DNA of 64,000 nt from Leptospira biflexa (GTDB lineage: Bacteria; Spirochaetota; Leptospiria; Turneriellales; DYLW01), in contig DYLW01000003.1 in assembly GCA_020721865.1 (NCBI GenBank), positions 43,986 through 107,985 on the forward strand, in the 5' to 3' direction. Positions 38,582 to 49,118 of this stretch are shown piece by piece (position 1 is the stretch's first letter; every line of letters starts with the position of its first letter). The translations under genes were made by a program, and so were the position numbers. The notes below the pieces were generated by a model. The model ran no database searches. It saw only the letters and a program-made list of their open reading frames with translations, and was not told the origin of the DNA.

Positions 38582-39472
38582 ATGGCTATAAAAGGTACAT
38601 ACACTGCGTTAATTACACCATTTAAAAAAGATTTCTCTGTTGATTGGGATAGTCTGAAGAATATTGTTGAATTTCAGGTAAAATCCGGAATCGATGGAAT
38701 TGTCCCGATGGGTACAACGGGAGAAAGTCCCACTCTTTCCCATGAAGAACATATAGAAGTGATCCAGAAAGTTACCTCTTGGGCAAAAGCTCTTCGCAAA
38801 GATATTATCATCATCGCCGGAACCGGCTCCAATTCCACCCGGGAAGCGATTGCCATGACCAGGGCCGCAAAATCCGCCGGTGCTGATTATGCACTTGTTG
38901 TGAATCCGTACTATAATAAGCCCACCCAAGCCGGATTAAAAGCTCATTTTCTCCAGATTGCAGAAGAAGGTGGCCTTCCCATGGTGCTATACAATATTCC
39001 TGGACGGACCTGCGTGAAGCTGGAACTGGATACCATTGTGGAGTTATCCGCTCATCCGAACATAGTGGCCATAAAAGAAGCCACCGGAGATATAAATTTT
39101 ATGACACAGATCATACTGTCCACTCCGGAGGATTTCAGCTTGCTGAGTGGAGATGATAATCTGCTTCTGCCCATACTATCCATTGGCGGGAAAGGTGTGA
39201 TCAGCGTGGTATCCAATTTATTTCCGGCGGAGATGACCAGCATCACATCTAATTATCTGAATAAAAATTATGATTCTGCACGGGATAGTTTTATGCGGAT
39301 TTTTCCCGTATGCGGTGCGGTATTCATGGAAACAAATCCCATCCCGGTGAAATACGGTGCCTCCCAAATGGGGTTGTGCGAAGATGTGGTACGCCTTCCT
39401 CTGGTGCCCTTTTCCAAAAAACACCATGAGAAATTTAACGCTATTCTGAAACAGTTTCGTGGCTCCCTATGA
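38582..39472 (+). CDS. dapA: 4-hydroxy-tetrahydrodipicolinate synthase
   Basis: MGTTGESPTLSHEEH, and IVAIKEATGD containing the Schiff-base Lys context. Confidence 0.95.
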   Translation: MAIKGTYTALITPFKKDFSVDWDSLKNIVEFQVKSGIDGIVPMGTTGESPTLSHEEHIEVIQKVTSWAKALRKDIIIIAGTGSNSTREAIAMTRAAKSAGADYALVVNPYYNKPTQAGLKAHFLQIAEEGGLPMVLYNIPGRTCVKLELDTIVELSAHPNIVAIKEATGDINFMTQIILSTPEDFSLLSGDDNLLLPILSIGGKGVISVVSNLFPAEMTSITSNYLNKNYDSARDSFMRIFPVCGAVFMETNPIPVKYGASQMGLCEDVVRLPLVPFSKKHHEKFNAILKQFRGSL

Positions 39473-40266
39473 TCCGTCTGGCCATCAACGGAGCCATGGG
39501 CAGGATGGGACTGGCCATAGCCGGGGAAATTCAAAAAAATAAAAGTACAGCCGGGATGGTTCTGGCCGGGGCGGTGGAAAGAAACGGACATCCTTCCGCA
39601 GGTACCCCATATCCGGGGAATCCTTCTTTGGTGCTGCACAATCTGGAAAATTTCCCGTTTCAGAATATGGATGTTTGGATAGATTTCAGTGTTCCGGAAT
39701 CCACTCTGGCTCTGGCACAAAAAGCATCCGAACATAAAAAACCGCTGGTGATTGGTACCACAGGTTTCACGGAAGCACAGAAAGAAAAAATAGAAGAAAT
39801 ATCCCAAAAAATCCCCATCCTGTTATCTTCCAATATGTCCATTGGCGTGAACTTGCTTTTTGGGCTCACCCGGTACGCCTCTGAGAGATTAAAGGGCAAG
39901 GGATTTGATGCAGAAATAATGGAAATACACCATCGCCACAAAAAGGACGCTCCGTCCGGAACATCCCGTACTCTGGAATCCATCATCGACGGGGTTTTTC
40001 AGTTTGGGAATGAGAATATTATCCATGGACGTTCCGGCATCATCGGGGAGAGGCCGGACAACCAGATGGGCTCCATGGCTCTGAGAGGCGGCGATGTGGT
40101 GGGCGAGCATACGGTATATTTTTTTGGGGAAGGGGAACGCATTGAATTGAAGCATTCCGCCACTTCCCGTGGCATTTTTGCCGGTGGTGCTTTGGTGGCC
40201 GCAGAGTTTCTCCACGGAAAGACTCCGGGGTTGTACAGTATGATGGACGCTCTGGGCTTACATTAA
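39469..40266 (+). CDS. dapB: 4-hydroxy-tetrahydrodipicolinate reductase
   Basis: EIMEIHHRHKKDAPSGT signature. 4-nt overlap with dapA. Confidence 0.95.
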   Translation: MIRLAINGAMGRMGLAIAGEIQKNKSTAGMVLAGAVERNGHPSAGTPYPGNPSLVLHNLENFPFQNMDVWIDFSVPESTLALAQKASEHKKPLVIGTTGFTEAQKEKIEEISQKIPILLSSNMSIGVNLLFGLTRYASERLKGKGFDAEIMEIHHRHKKDAPSGTSRTLESIIDGVFQFGNENIIHGRSGIIGERPDNQMGSMALRGGDVVGEHTVYFFGEGERIELKHSATSRGIFAGGALVAAEFLHGKTPGLYSMMDALGLH

Positions 40267-40270
40267 TTCT

Positions 40271-41584
40271 ATGCAGGAATTCATCATAGAGGGAGGCCAC
40301 CGCGTGAGCGGAACAGTGAGCGTGCAGGGAAATAAAAATGAAGCCCTTCCCGTGTTGTGTGCAGCCCTGATGAGCACGGAACCGGTGACTTTGTATAATG
40401 TACCGGTTATTGAAGACATTAAAAATCTCTATAAAATTCTGGAATTTGCCGGTGCCCGGATTTCCCCCATAGACGGGGACTGGCATAATATCCGGATGGA
40501 AACTCCCGCCATTTCCAATGACGAAATTCCCGGAGAACTGGCTGCTCCCCTGCGGGGGTCTGTCACCCTGCTGGCACCCATCCTCGCCCGGAAGGGGAAG
40601 GTTTTCCTGCCCCGTCCGGGGGGGGATAAAATCGGGCGGAGAAGGATTGATACCCACCTGCAGGCTCTGGAAGAGCTGGGTGCGGATGTCCAGGTATTCA
40701 ATCATGGGTACCTTATCGCAGCGAAAAAATTAATCGGAACGGATATTCTTCTGGATGAAGCATCCGTAACCGGCACGGAAAATGCTATTATGGCCGCTAC
40801 GGTGGCCAGCGGAGTGACCACGATTCGGAACGCCGCTTCCGAACCCCATGTTTCCGGTCTCTGCAAATTTTTACAAAAAATGGGCGTTCGCATTGACGGA
40901 GTGGGCAGTAATGTGCTGACCATTTATGGACTGGATGGCTATGAAAATCTGGGTGGGGCATCCCATACCATATCTCCAGACTATCTGGAAATTGGCAGTT
41001 TTCTTTCCATGGCTGCCATTACCCGGGGGGAACTGACCATTCAAAATGTCCAGAAAAACGACCTGCGCATGATCCGGATGGTTTTTGCGAATCTGGGGAT
41101 CCGCACGGAATTTGTGGAGCGGGAGTCTTTCACTGATCTCTATATTCCGCCAGAACAGGACTTGAAAATTCGCACCGATGTGCATGGGGAAATTTATAAA
41201 ATTGATGACGCTCCCTGGCCCATGTTTCCTGCGGATCTTTTATCCATTGCTCTGGTGACTGCAACGCAATGCGAAGGCACTGTTCTTTTTCATGAAAAGT
41301 TGTTTGAAAGCCGATTGTTTTTTGTGGATAGATTAATTACCATGGGTGCGAAAATTGTCCTGTGCGATCCTCACCGGGCCATCGTCATCGGTCCATCAAA
41401 ATTGTATGCATCCAAAATGTCCTCTCCGGATATCCGTGCGGGGATGTCACTGGTGATTGCCGCTATGGCAGCCGAGGGAGTCTCCACCATACAGAATATC
41501 CTCCAGGTGGACCGGGGTTATGAGAGCATTGACGAACGTCTGTCCGGAATTGGGGTTTCCATAAAAAGAGTGAACACTATTTAA
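40271..41584 (+). CDS. murA: UDP-N-acetylglucosamine 1-carboxyvinyltransferase (Asp variant at the fosfomycin-target position)
   Basis: GNKNEALPVL, then LRGSVTLLAPILARKGKVFLPRPGGDKIGRRRIDTH, which aligns with E. coli [35 protein letters not shown]. Full length of 437 aa. Confidence 0.9.
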   Translation: MQEFIIEGGHRVSGTVSVQGNKNEALPVLCAALMSTEPVTLYNVPVIEDIKNLYKILEFAGARISPIDGDWHNIRMETPAISNDEIPGELAAPLRGSVTLLAPILARKGKVFLPRPGGDKIGRRRIDTHLQALEELGADVQVFNHGYLIAAKKLIGTDILLDEASVTGTENAIMAATVASGVTTIRNAASEPHVSGLCKFLQKMGVRIDGVGSNVLTIYGLDGYENLGGASHTISPDYLEIGSFLSMAAITRGELTIQNVQKNDLRMIRMVFANLGIRTEFVERESFTDLYIPPEQDLKIRTDVHGEIYKIDDAPWPMFPADLLSIALVTATQCEGTVLFHEKLFESRLFFVDRLITMGAKIVLCDPHRAIVIGPSKLYASKMSSPDIRAGMSLVIAAMAAEGVSTIQNILQVDRGYESIDERLSGIGVSIKRVNTI

Positions 41585-43640
41585 TTGTCTTGAATAAATC
41601 CACATGGTTTTTTGCCCCCGCAATGACCAGATGGTCATGTTCGGTCAGGATATAATCCGGGCTTGGAATTAAATTGACATTATTTTTTCTTTTCTCTGTA
41701 TTCCGGATGGACAAAACATCCACCTTGAAGCGGTTGCGGATTTCCAGTTCTTTGATGGATCTTCCCACAAAATCTCCGGGGGTTTTCAGCTCACAGATGG
41801 AGTACCCTTCCAGAAAATGCTCTTCTGGCATGGAGTTGGAATTCATCAATCGGGTGGCGAAACTGGAGCCCACATCCATTTTTTCAATTACCGCGTGGTA
41901 TTCATTTAAAATATCCTTTCTCAATATAGTCCCAATTAATTCCTTCTTGGAGTTGGTTACCGGAAGCTGGTCCTTATTGCAGGTACGCATGATGCTTAGA
42001 GCGGTTTTTGCGTTATCTTCTAAGAAAATCCTGGGGCAATTAGTGACTGATATGTCGCGTGCAATCAGTAAATTTTTCAAGAGATCTTTTTCAAAAATAT
42101 AGTCTTTGATGTCATGGATGGAGATTGTCCCGTAAAGCACATTCTCAGGGGTTACAACATTCAGATATGGACTACGGATAGACAAAAGTTTTTCAATGAC
42201 CTCATTGTATCTGGCAGAAATCAATATGGTATCTACATGTTTCTGGTAAATGTCGGAGACATAAATATCCTTCATTAGATCATATTCAAAACCGGCATGC
42301 AACTTGATTTTACGTTTGATGAGTTTCAGAGTGTATATGGATTCCCTGGAAAGTTTGGTGGCCATAATGGTGGATATAATACAGGTTATCATCAGAGGGA
42401 GTATAATTTCATAATTTCCGGTTAATTCCATGACAATAATAATAGCTGTAATGGGTGCCCGCATGGTTCCCGCCACCAGTCCCCCCATGGCCACCAGGGC
42501 ATACGCACCCGGGGTGCCCGTCCAGCCCGGGAATGCCCAGTGAATAAACGATCCAAAAAACGCTCCTGATGTGGCTCCAATGAATAGGGCGGGGGCAAAA
42601 ACTCCGCCGGAGCCACCGGATCCCAGAGTGATGGAAGTGGCAATTATTTTAGCGAACACCAGAACAAATGCCAGTACCCAGAACATGTTTCCATTCAGGG
42701 CGGAATCAATGCTGCCATAACCCATCCCCATAACATAGGGGAATGCCAGCCCAATACCGCCAACGGCAATTCCACCAACTGCGGGCATTATATAGGAAGG
42801 GATAAAATTGAGACGTTCCTCGGAAAAGTCTTCCACTGCATACAAAATTTTAATGAAGACAAAAGAAATGATTCCGGTAAATATACCCAACCCAAGATAC
42901 GTAAAGGTTTCCAGAGAACTCACATAATTATAGTGGGGGACATGAAATTCAGAAAAATTTCCCTCGTAATGGTGGCTCACAAAGGTGGCAATAACAGAAG
43001 CAATCACGATGGGGGAAAACTGGCTCACCTGAAAATCCATCAGAATCACTTCCACTGCAAAAAGAGCCCCGGCGATGGGGGCATTGAACGCTGCAGCAAT
43101 TCCAGCCGCGGCACCAGCTCCCACAAGGGTTTTCAGTTGCTTGTGGGTGATCTGGAACATTTGTCCCACCGTGGACGCAAGGCTGGCACCAATCTGGACG
43201 ATGGGTCCTTCCCTCCCCACAGAACCACCTGTCCCAATGGTGATGGCGGCGGTGATGGCTTTGATGATGGCCACCCGTGGGCGGATTTTCGCACCCTTTG
43301 AGATAACAGCCTCCATCACTTCCGGCACTCCATGGCCTTTGGATTCAGGCGATAAAAAATGAATGATGGGACCCACGATGGCTCCCCCTAATGCCGGAAG
43401 AAACAGGATCACATACCAGGGAGAGTTCATTATGTTGGTCAGAACATCCCCGCCACCTGGAAATGCCCACCCCGATATGATGTGGATGAGCCATCGGATG
43501 CCGATGGCCGCGAACCCGGCAAATAGGCCGGTTAGAAATGCCAGTGCCATGACAAAACTGTGCTCTGTCTGCTTCAGTTTATCTAAGGTTGTTAAAAAAC
43601 AGGTTTTGGACCGGCTCACTGCGACAGACATAATTGCCAT
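41577..43640 (-). CDS. ClC-family chloride channel/antiporter with C-terminal CBS pair and RCK_C-like domain
   Basis: Motifs GREGPIVQIGA and GSGGSGGVFAPALFIGA. C-terminal CBS-like repeats and ELKTPGDFVGRSIKELEIRNRFKVDVLSIR. ATG 43640 preferred; the track start is a TTG at 43655. Confidence 0.9.
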   Translation of the reverse strand: MAIMSVAVSRSKTCFLTTLDKLKQTEHSFVMALAFLTGLFAGFAAIGIRWLIHIISGWAFPGGGDVLTNIMNSPWYVILFLPALGGAIVGPIIHFLSPESKGHGVPEVMEAVISKGAKIRPRVAIIKAITAAITIGTGGSVGREGPIVQIGASLASTVGQMFQITHKQLKTLVGAGAAAGIAAAFNAPIAGALFAVEVILMDFQVSQFSPIVIASVIATFVSHHYEGNFSEFHVPHYNYVSSLETFTYLGLGIFTGIISFVFIKILYAVEDFSEERLNFIPSYIMPAVGGIAVGGIGLAFPYVMGMGYGSIDSALNGNMFWVLAFVLVFAKIIATSITLGSGGSGGVFAPALFIGATSGAFFGSFIHWAFPGWTGTPGAYALVAMGGLVAGTMRAPITAIIIVMELTGNYEIILPLMITCIISTIMATKLSRESIYTLKLIKRKIKLHAGFEYDLMKDIYVSDIYQKHVDTILISARYNEVIEKLLSIRSPYLNVVTPENVLYGTISIHDIKDYIFEKDLLKNLLIARDISVTNCPRIFLEDNAKTALSIMRTCNKDQLPVTNSKKELIGTILRKDILNEYHAVIEKMDVGSSFATRLMNSNSMPEEHFLEGYSICELKTPGDFVGRSIKELEIRNRFKVDVLSIRNTEKRKNNVNLIPSPDYILTEHDHLVIAGAKNHVDLFKTIK

Positions 43641-43745
43641 ATTGAAGAATGGCAAAATCTGTCGATAGGGCGTAAAGAATTATTTGAAAAGGAGCCCTAT
43701 ATAAAAATCCAATTGACGTGCTCTCCTGAAAAAAAAGTTTCTTTT

Positions 43746-45242
43746 ATGCCAGTTCTGCAAACTTCTCTTCTAAACGGATGGGAATCTTATGGAGATATAC
43801 CAGAAGAAATAAATTATGAATCCTTTTCCAGCGACAGCCGCACAATGAATCCGGGGGATCTTTTTTTTGGGTATGATGGGTTGTCCCGCTCTGTTCTGGA
43901 TTACCTGGACTTGGTTCTGGAAAAACGTCCGGCAGCGGTTTTTCTGGACAAATCCCATACAGATTCCATCCGTAGGAAATATTCCCAAACTAAAATCGCA
44001 TTTTTCTTTAAATCGGATTTTCGGAAAGCATCCCACCAATTAATCCTTCATTTGATGGATTATCCTTTTTTGAAAATGCGGATGTTGGCAGTGACTGGCA
44101 CCAATGGGAAAACCAGCCTGGCGTGGTATGATTACCAGATGCAGAAAAAATCGGTTTATATTGGAACCATTGGTATGTTCCGGAATAATACGGTGGATGA
44201 TTCCGGGATGACCACGCCGGATTTTCTAAGGGTTATGCAGTTTCTGGAAAAATCTGCCGGGGAAGGAGCCCGGAGTGTATCCATGGAGGTGAGCTCCCAT
44301 GCTCTGGACCAAGATCGGTTGTGGGGGTTGGAATGGGATTATCTGGTTTTCACAAATTTAACGCAGGATCATCTGGATTATCATTTGGATATGGAACAAT
44401 ATTTTCAGGCAAAATTAAAACTATTTTCCAACGCATTAACACAGAAAGGGAAAAAACCTGTATTTATTATCAATGCCGATGATGAATACGGACAGAGAAT
44501 GTTGGATCTTTTCCGGAATTCCGGCGTGAAAATTCTCTCCTATGGGAAGAATGAAAATTCTCATTTTCAGATCATGAATATCCAGGTTGCTATGGACGGA
44601 TATTCCTTTGATCTGAAAATTTCGGGAGAAAAAGACGGAGTATTTCCTGTCCATTTGCCACTCGTTGGAGAATTTAATATTTATAATATTCTGCCTGTCA
44701 TGGTCGCAGGATTTCATTCCGGAGAAAAGATGGAAACGCTGATAGAAAAAGTACGGAATATTCGTCCGGCTCCGGGGAGAATGGAAAAAATCCCCGTTGG
44801 GAAAAACCGCCTTGCTGTTGTGGATTATGCCCACACTCCGGACGCTCTGCGCAAAGGTCTCCAAACATTGCGGGAGCTGAGACCATCCCGCCTGATTTGT
44901 ATTTTCGGGGCAGGGGGGGACAGAGACAGAAAAAAACGTCCGCTCATGGGACAGGCTGTGGAAGAGCTTTCTGATTCTGCAATTATAACAAGTGACAATC
45001 CGCGTACGGAAAATCCATTGGCCATTATGGAAGATGTTCGCTCCGGTTTTACGGATTCTGCCCGCTATGAAATGATAGAGGACAGAAAAGTGGCCATACG
45101 CAAGGGTCTCTCTATTCTCCCGGAAAACGGTATTCTATACATCGCCGGAAAAGGTCATGAAAACTACCAGATCATTGGATCAGAAAAAAGATATTTCAGC
45201 GATCCGGATGTTGTGAAAGAATTTATCCAGGAAGAATTATGA
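43746..45242 (+). CDS. murE: UDP-N-acetylmuramoyl-L-alanyl-D-glutamate--2,6-diaminopimelate ligase
   Basis: VTGTNGKTS P-loop. TSDNPRTENP carries the DNPR motif typical of meso-DAP-adding MurE. ATG 43746 preferred; the track start is a TTG at 43713. Confidence 0.9.
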   Translation: MPVLQTSLLNGWESYGDIPEEINYESFSSDSRTMNPGDLFFGYDGLSRSVLDYLDLVLEKRPAAVFLDKSHTDSIRRKYSQTKIAFFFKSDFRKASHQLILHLMDYPFLKMRMLAVTGTNGKTSLAWYDYQMQKKSVYIGTIGMFRNNTVDDSGMTTPDFLRVMQFLEKSAGEGARSVSMEVSSHALDQDRLWGLEWDYLVFTNLTQDHLDYHLDMEQYFQAKLKLFSNALTQKGKKPVFIINADDEYGQRMLDLFRNSGVKILSYGKNENSHFQIMNIQVAMDGYSFDLKISGEKDGVFPVHLPLVGEFNIYNILPVMVAGFHSGEKMETLIEKVRNIRPAPGRMEKIPVGKNRLAVVDYAHTPDALRKGLQTLRELRPSRLICIFGAGGDRDRKKRPLMGQAVEELSDSAIITSDNPRTENPLAIMEDVRSGFTDSARYEMIEDRKVAIRKGLSILPENGILYIAGKGHENYQIIGSEKRYFSDPDVVKEFIQEEL

Positions 45243-46627
45243 ACACGATAAATATGCCCATGGCAGAAATAAAGAATCTTTTCCTGACGCCCCCCCCTTC
45301 GGGTATCCATACTTTGGAAAGTATATCCTTCGACAGCCGGGAGCTGAGCGGGAAAGAATGGTTTCTTCCGCTCAAAGGGGAAAAAATAGATGCTCATGAT
45401 TTTATTCCGGAGATTGATAGAGAGAAAAAAGCTGCCGGCATTATTTTTTCCAGAGGAAATGCACCGGCGAATCTCCCTTCCATCCATGTGAAGGATACTA
45501 ATCAATTTCTTTTGGAGCTGGCGTTAGCGTATAGATTGCGGATCAATCCTTATGTGATTGGGATTACCGGCTCCAATGGAAAAACAACCACCAAGGATAT
45601 TATGGCTCACCTCCTCCGTAGCGGCTTTGGGGAAGGGTATGTTCATTCCACGCAGAAAAATTACAATAATCATTTTGGTGTTCCTTATACGATTTTATCC
45701 ATGCCGGAAACCACACGCTTTCTGGTTCTGGAAATGGGCATGAACCATCCGGGAGAGATATCCCTCCTTTCCCGTCACTCGGCTCCGGATGTCGCAATCA
45801 TCACATCCATATCGGAAGGGCATGCAGAATTTTTCCAGAATGGGGATGAAATTGCCAGGGAAAAAATATCCATTCTCAGCGGATGCCGGGGAGAAAAGAA
45901 GATTATTCACCATGAAGATATCCACCGGCGGTTTCCGGAAGAAATTAAAAGAGCATCCGGCCAATGGGTGAACCCGGGAAAGTGTATGTTGGATCATGAC
46001 CTATCCATTAGGGAAAGAAGTGGAGAGTATGCAATGATGTATGGAAGGGAGGAATACGCCCTGGGGATCCATTCTGCCACACAGAAAGAGAATTTTATTT
46101 TGGCTCTCTGTGCCCTCTTATCCATGGAAATGATTCAGAAAAATCCGAATATCCTTCCGGAGATTTTTTCCCGCATGAAGGAAATCCCGCTTCCCCAACA
46201 CCGGTTGCAGAAAGTCACATCCGGACCCTGTGAAATCTGGGATGATACCTATAACGCAAATCCGGACTCTTTCCGGCGGGCGATGGATTTTGTCTCCGGA
46301 CGAAAAAAAAACCGGCTATATGGAATCTTTGGACAGATGTCCGAACTGGGGGATATTGCCAAAGAGCGACATTTTGAACTGGGGCAGACCGCCCGGAAAT
46401 ACGGATTTCAAAAAGTAATTTTCTCCAGCAATAATCCGGAATACCGGAATGCTTTCCGGGAGGGCTGGGAAAATCCATCGGGATGTGATACCATTTCCAA
46501 CGAGGATGAGGATATTCGCAAGGGTGTGACATCTTTATTGCCGGAGTTGACCCCGGACGATGTCCTGCTGTTGAAAGGTTCTCGATCGACCCGGATAGAA
46601 AGAGTCCTGGATTATCTCAAAAAGTAA
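45239..46627 (+). CDS. murF: UDP-N-acetylmuramoyl-tripeptide--D-alanyl-D-alanine ligase
   Basis: ITGSNGKTTTKD and DTYNANPDS. 4-nt overlap with murE. Confidence 0.9.
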   Translation: MNTINMPMAEIKNLFLTPPPSGIHTLESISFDSRELSGKEWFLPLKGEKIDAHDFIPEIDREKKAAGIIFSRGNAPANLPSIHVKDTNQFLLELALAYRLRINPYVIGITGSNGKTTTKDIMAHLLRSGFGEGYVHSTQKNYNNHFGVPYTILSMPETTRFLVLEMGMNHPGEISLLSRHSAPDVAIITSISEGHAEFFQNGDEIAREKISILSGCRGEKKIIHHEDIHRRFPEEIKRASGQWVNPGKCMLDHDLSIRERSGEYAMMYGREEYALGIHSATQKENFILALCALLSMEMIQKNPNILPEIFSRMKEIPLPQHRLQKVTSGPCEIWDDTYNANPDSFRRAMDFVSGRKKNRLYGIFGQMSELGDIAKERHFELGQTARKYGFQKVIFSSNNPEYRNAFREGWENPSGCDTISNEDEDIRKGVTSLLPELTPDDVLLLKGSRSTRIERVLDYLKK

Positions 46628-47498
46628 ATTCCATGCCTTCCCGGATTACTGTGGAGTTGGGAAATTCCAGAGCGGCTTTTTCCTGCAGATCAATCAGGAA
46701 TTTGTCATTATGGGCAGGGTCGTGGTGGATTAAATGGTATTCTTTGACGGATGCCCGGCGTGAGATTTCAGCTCCCACTGTGTATATGGAGTGTCCCCAT
46801 CCTTTTTTTCCGTTTTCATATTCCTCCGGAAGATACTGGGAGTCATAGGCAAAGATATTGGATTTGTCCGCAAATTGTATAATTTTTTCATTGGATTCCG
46901 GGCTCGGTTCGGTATCCGTACAGAAGGTGAAGGATCCATTGGTGAGAAAAAATCGGTACCCAATGGATTCATTGGGATGGTTCAGAGGCAGTGTATCCAC
47001 TTTTATATGATCAATGATCAGCGGGTTTCTGGGGGTTATTTCATGATAGGTGAAATGAGCGGACATCTGGTCAATGCGAACCGGAAAGTACTGGAAACAC
47101 TGCTGGAAACTCAGAGTTTTTTTGATATCCCAGCGGTCAGTTTTCACTGTTTCCCCCGGTTGTTCCATACCCTGTTTTCTGGGAATCAGTTTGGTGGCTC
47201 CGTAAATATGGAAATGGATATTGGGAAAATACGCGGGCACAAAAAAAGGAAAGCCCTGTATATGATCCCAGTGGCTGTGCGTGAATAAAATATGAATAGT
47301 GAAATCTTTTTTTCCGGCCAAGCCCCACTTGATCAGATCCGTCCCAATATTGCGGATTCCCGTGCCCGCATCGATGATGATCACTGTGTCTTTGTCCATC
47401 ACCAGAACGGAAGTAGTGTTTCCGCCAAATATCTCAAAATCCCTTCCGGGGACAGGAATGGATCCACGGGTGCCATAGTATTTTACTTGAAAGTCCAT
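46617..47498 (-). CDS. MBL-fold metallo-hydrolase
   Basis: HSHWDHIQG (HxHxDH) motif after IIIDAGTG. Trimmed to ATG 47498 (MDFQVKYYGTRGSIP), which avoids a head-on overlap with aat. Confidence 0.7.
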   Translation of the reverse strand: MDFQVKYYGTRGSIPVPGRDFEIFGGNTTSVLVMDKDTVIIIDAGTGIRNIGTDLIKWGLAGKKDFTIHILFTHSHWDHIQGFPFFVPAYFPNIHFHIYGATKLIPRKQGMEQPGETVKTDRWDIKKTLSFQQCFQYFPVRIDQMSAHFTYHEITPRNPLIIDHIKVDTLPLNHPNESIGYRFFLTNGSFTFCTDTEPSPESNEKIIQFADKSNIFAYDSQYLPEEYENGKKGWGHSIYTVGAEISRRASVKEYHLIHHDPAHNDKFLIDLQEKAALEFPNSTVIREGMEFTF

Positions 47499-47536
47499 AT
47501 ACCCTTTAATTTTCGGTATATTGGTATGGTTTCTGT

Positions 47537-48187
47537 ATGATACTTTTTTCCCAAACTCCGTATACCAGGCTGCCGGACCCGGAATTATCCGATGAATACG
47601 GCCTTTCATTTCTGAGTACGAATATGAATTTTCCGCTTTTGGCGGAAGCGTATTGGCATGGTTTCTTTCCTTGGTATATTAAATATGGCTTTGTACACTG
47701 GTTTCACCCCCCGGAACGTCCGGTATTGTTCCCGCAGGATTTTAAAATTCCCCGCTCCATCCGGAAAATTGTCCGGAACCATCCGGATATCCGCTGGGAT
47801 CAGAATTTCTGCGAGGTGATGCAGGCCTGCGAAAAAACAAGGGAAGAAAGCTGGATTGACTTTCGCTATAAAATAGCCTATTGCCGGGCACACCGGAAGG
47901 GCATTGCCCATTCCGTGGAATACTATGTGGATAACCGGCTTGCGGGAGGTCTGTATGGGATCCAGGTGGGGGGCGTGTTCACCGGAGAAAGTATGTTCCA
48001 TTCTGTTACGGATGGGGCCAAAATTGCCCTCTACGGTCTGGTTTCCATGGCACAGGAAAAAGGTATCCGGATCATTGATGGCCAGTCTCCGGGCAATTTT
48101 ATCCACCAAATGGGGTTTTCTGACATTCCCCGGCGAGAATTTCTGAAGATTCTGGAATCCAATAACCGGGAAAAAATCTCCGGATAA
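47537..48187 (+). CDS. aat: Leucyl/phenylalanyl-tRNA--protein transferase
   Basis: Motifs AYWHGFFPW and GGLYGIQVGGVFTGESMFH. Confidence 0.85.
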   Translation: MILFSQTPYTRLPDPELSDEYGLSFLSTNMNFPLLAEAYWHGFFPWYIKYGFVHWFHPPERPVLFPQDFKIPRSIRKIVRNHPDIRWDQNFCEVMQACEKTREESWIDFRYKIAYCRAHRKGIAHSVEYYVDNRLAGGLYGIQVGGVFTGESMFHSVTDGAKIALYGLVSMAQEKGIRIIDGQSPGNFIHQMGFSDIPRREFLKILESNNREKISG

Positions 48188-48233
48188 GCGGATTTTTCTT
48201 GTCCCCCAATCTGCGAGTCCATTTTTATCCATT

Positions 48234-49118
48234 ATGCAGACAAATAAATCCGTCCAACTGGATAAACCGGATTACCGGGGAAAAGTGCGGGATATATATG
48301 ATCTGGGAGATACCCTTGTCATTGTAGCCAGCGACCGGCTTTCCGCGTTCGATGTTATTTTTAAGGAACCCATTCCTGACAAGGGAAAGATACTGACACA
48401 GATTTCCAATAAATGGTTTTCCTTAATGGACTTTATTCCCAACCACATTCTGGAAACCGATGTGGAAAAATTTCCGCAGGAATTCCGCACGGAAAAGGCA
48501 AAATTGGAGGGAAGATCTGTCTGGGTGAAAAAGGCCAAGAGGATTGACTTTGAATGTGTGGTGCGCGGTTATCTGATGGGGTCCGGTTATAAAGAATACC
48601 AGAAAATCGGATCCATTGCCGGTATTCCCATTCCCGCAGGATTAAAACAAGGAGACCGACTGCCGGAACCCATTTTTACCCCGGCCATAAAAGCTGCATC
48701 CGGTCATGATGAAAATGTGGATTATAACCATGTAAAAAACCAGATTGGAGAAGGACTGGCTTCCCGGCTTAGGGATTCAGCTATTAAAATATATCAATAT
48801 GCCTATGAAAAATTATATAAAAACGGTATAATTCTGGCAGATACAAAATTTGAATTCGGACTCATTGGGGATGAACTCACTCTCATCGACGAAGTGCTCA
48901 CACCGGATTCCTCCCGTTTTTTTGAATTGGAAAATTACGAAAGTGCCCGTGAGAAGGGGGAGCTGCCATCAAGTATGGATAAACAGGTGGTCCGGGATTA
49001 TCTGGAATCCACCGGATGGGATAAAAATCCTCCGCCACCACCATTGCCAAAGGATATCATCGAGGAAACCCGCAGACGCTATGCGAAAATTGGAGATATT
49101 GTTGCAGTACTCCGCTAA
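48234..49118 (+). CDS. purC: Phosphoribosylaminoimidazole-succinocarboxamide synthase
   Basis: Motifs GKVRDIYD, SDRLSAFD and ADTKFEFG. Confidence 0.95.
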   Translation: MQTNKSVQLDKPDYRGKVRDIYDLGDTLVIVASDRLSAFDVIFKEPIPDKGKILTQISNKWFSLMDFIPNHILETDVEKFPQEFRTEKAKLEGRSVWVKKAKRIDFECVVRGYLMGSGYKEYQKIGSIAGIPIPAGLKQGDRLPEPIFTPAIKAASGHDENVDYNHVKNQIGEGLASRLRDSAIKIYQYAYEKLYKNGIILADTKFEFGLIGDELTLIDEVLTPDSSRFFELENYESAREKGELPSSMDKQVVRDYLESTGWDKNPPPPPLPKDIIEETRRRYAKIGDIVAVLR

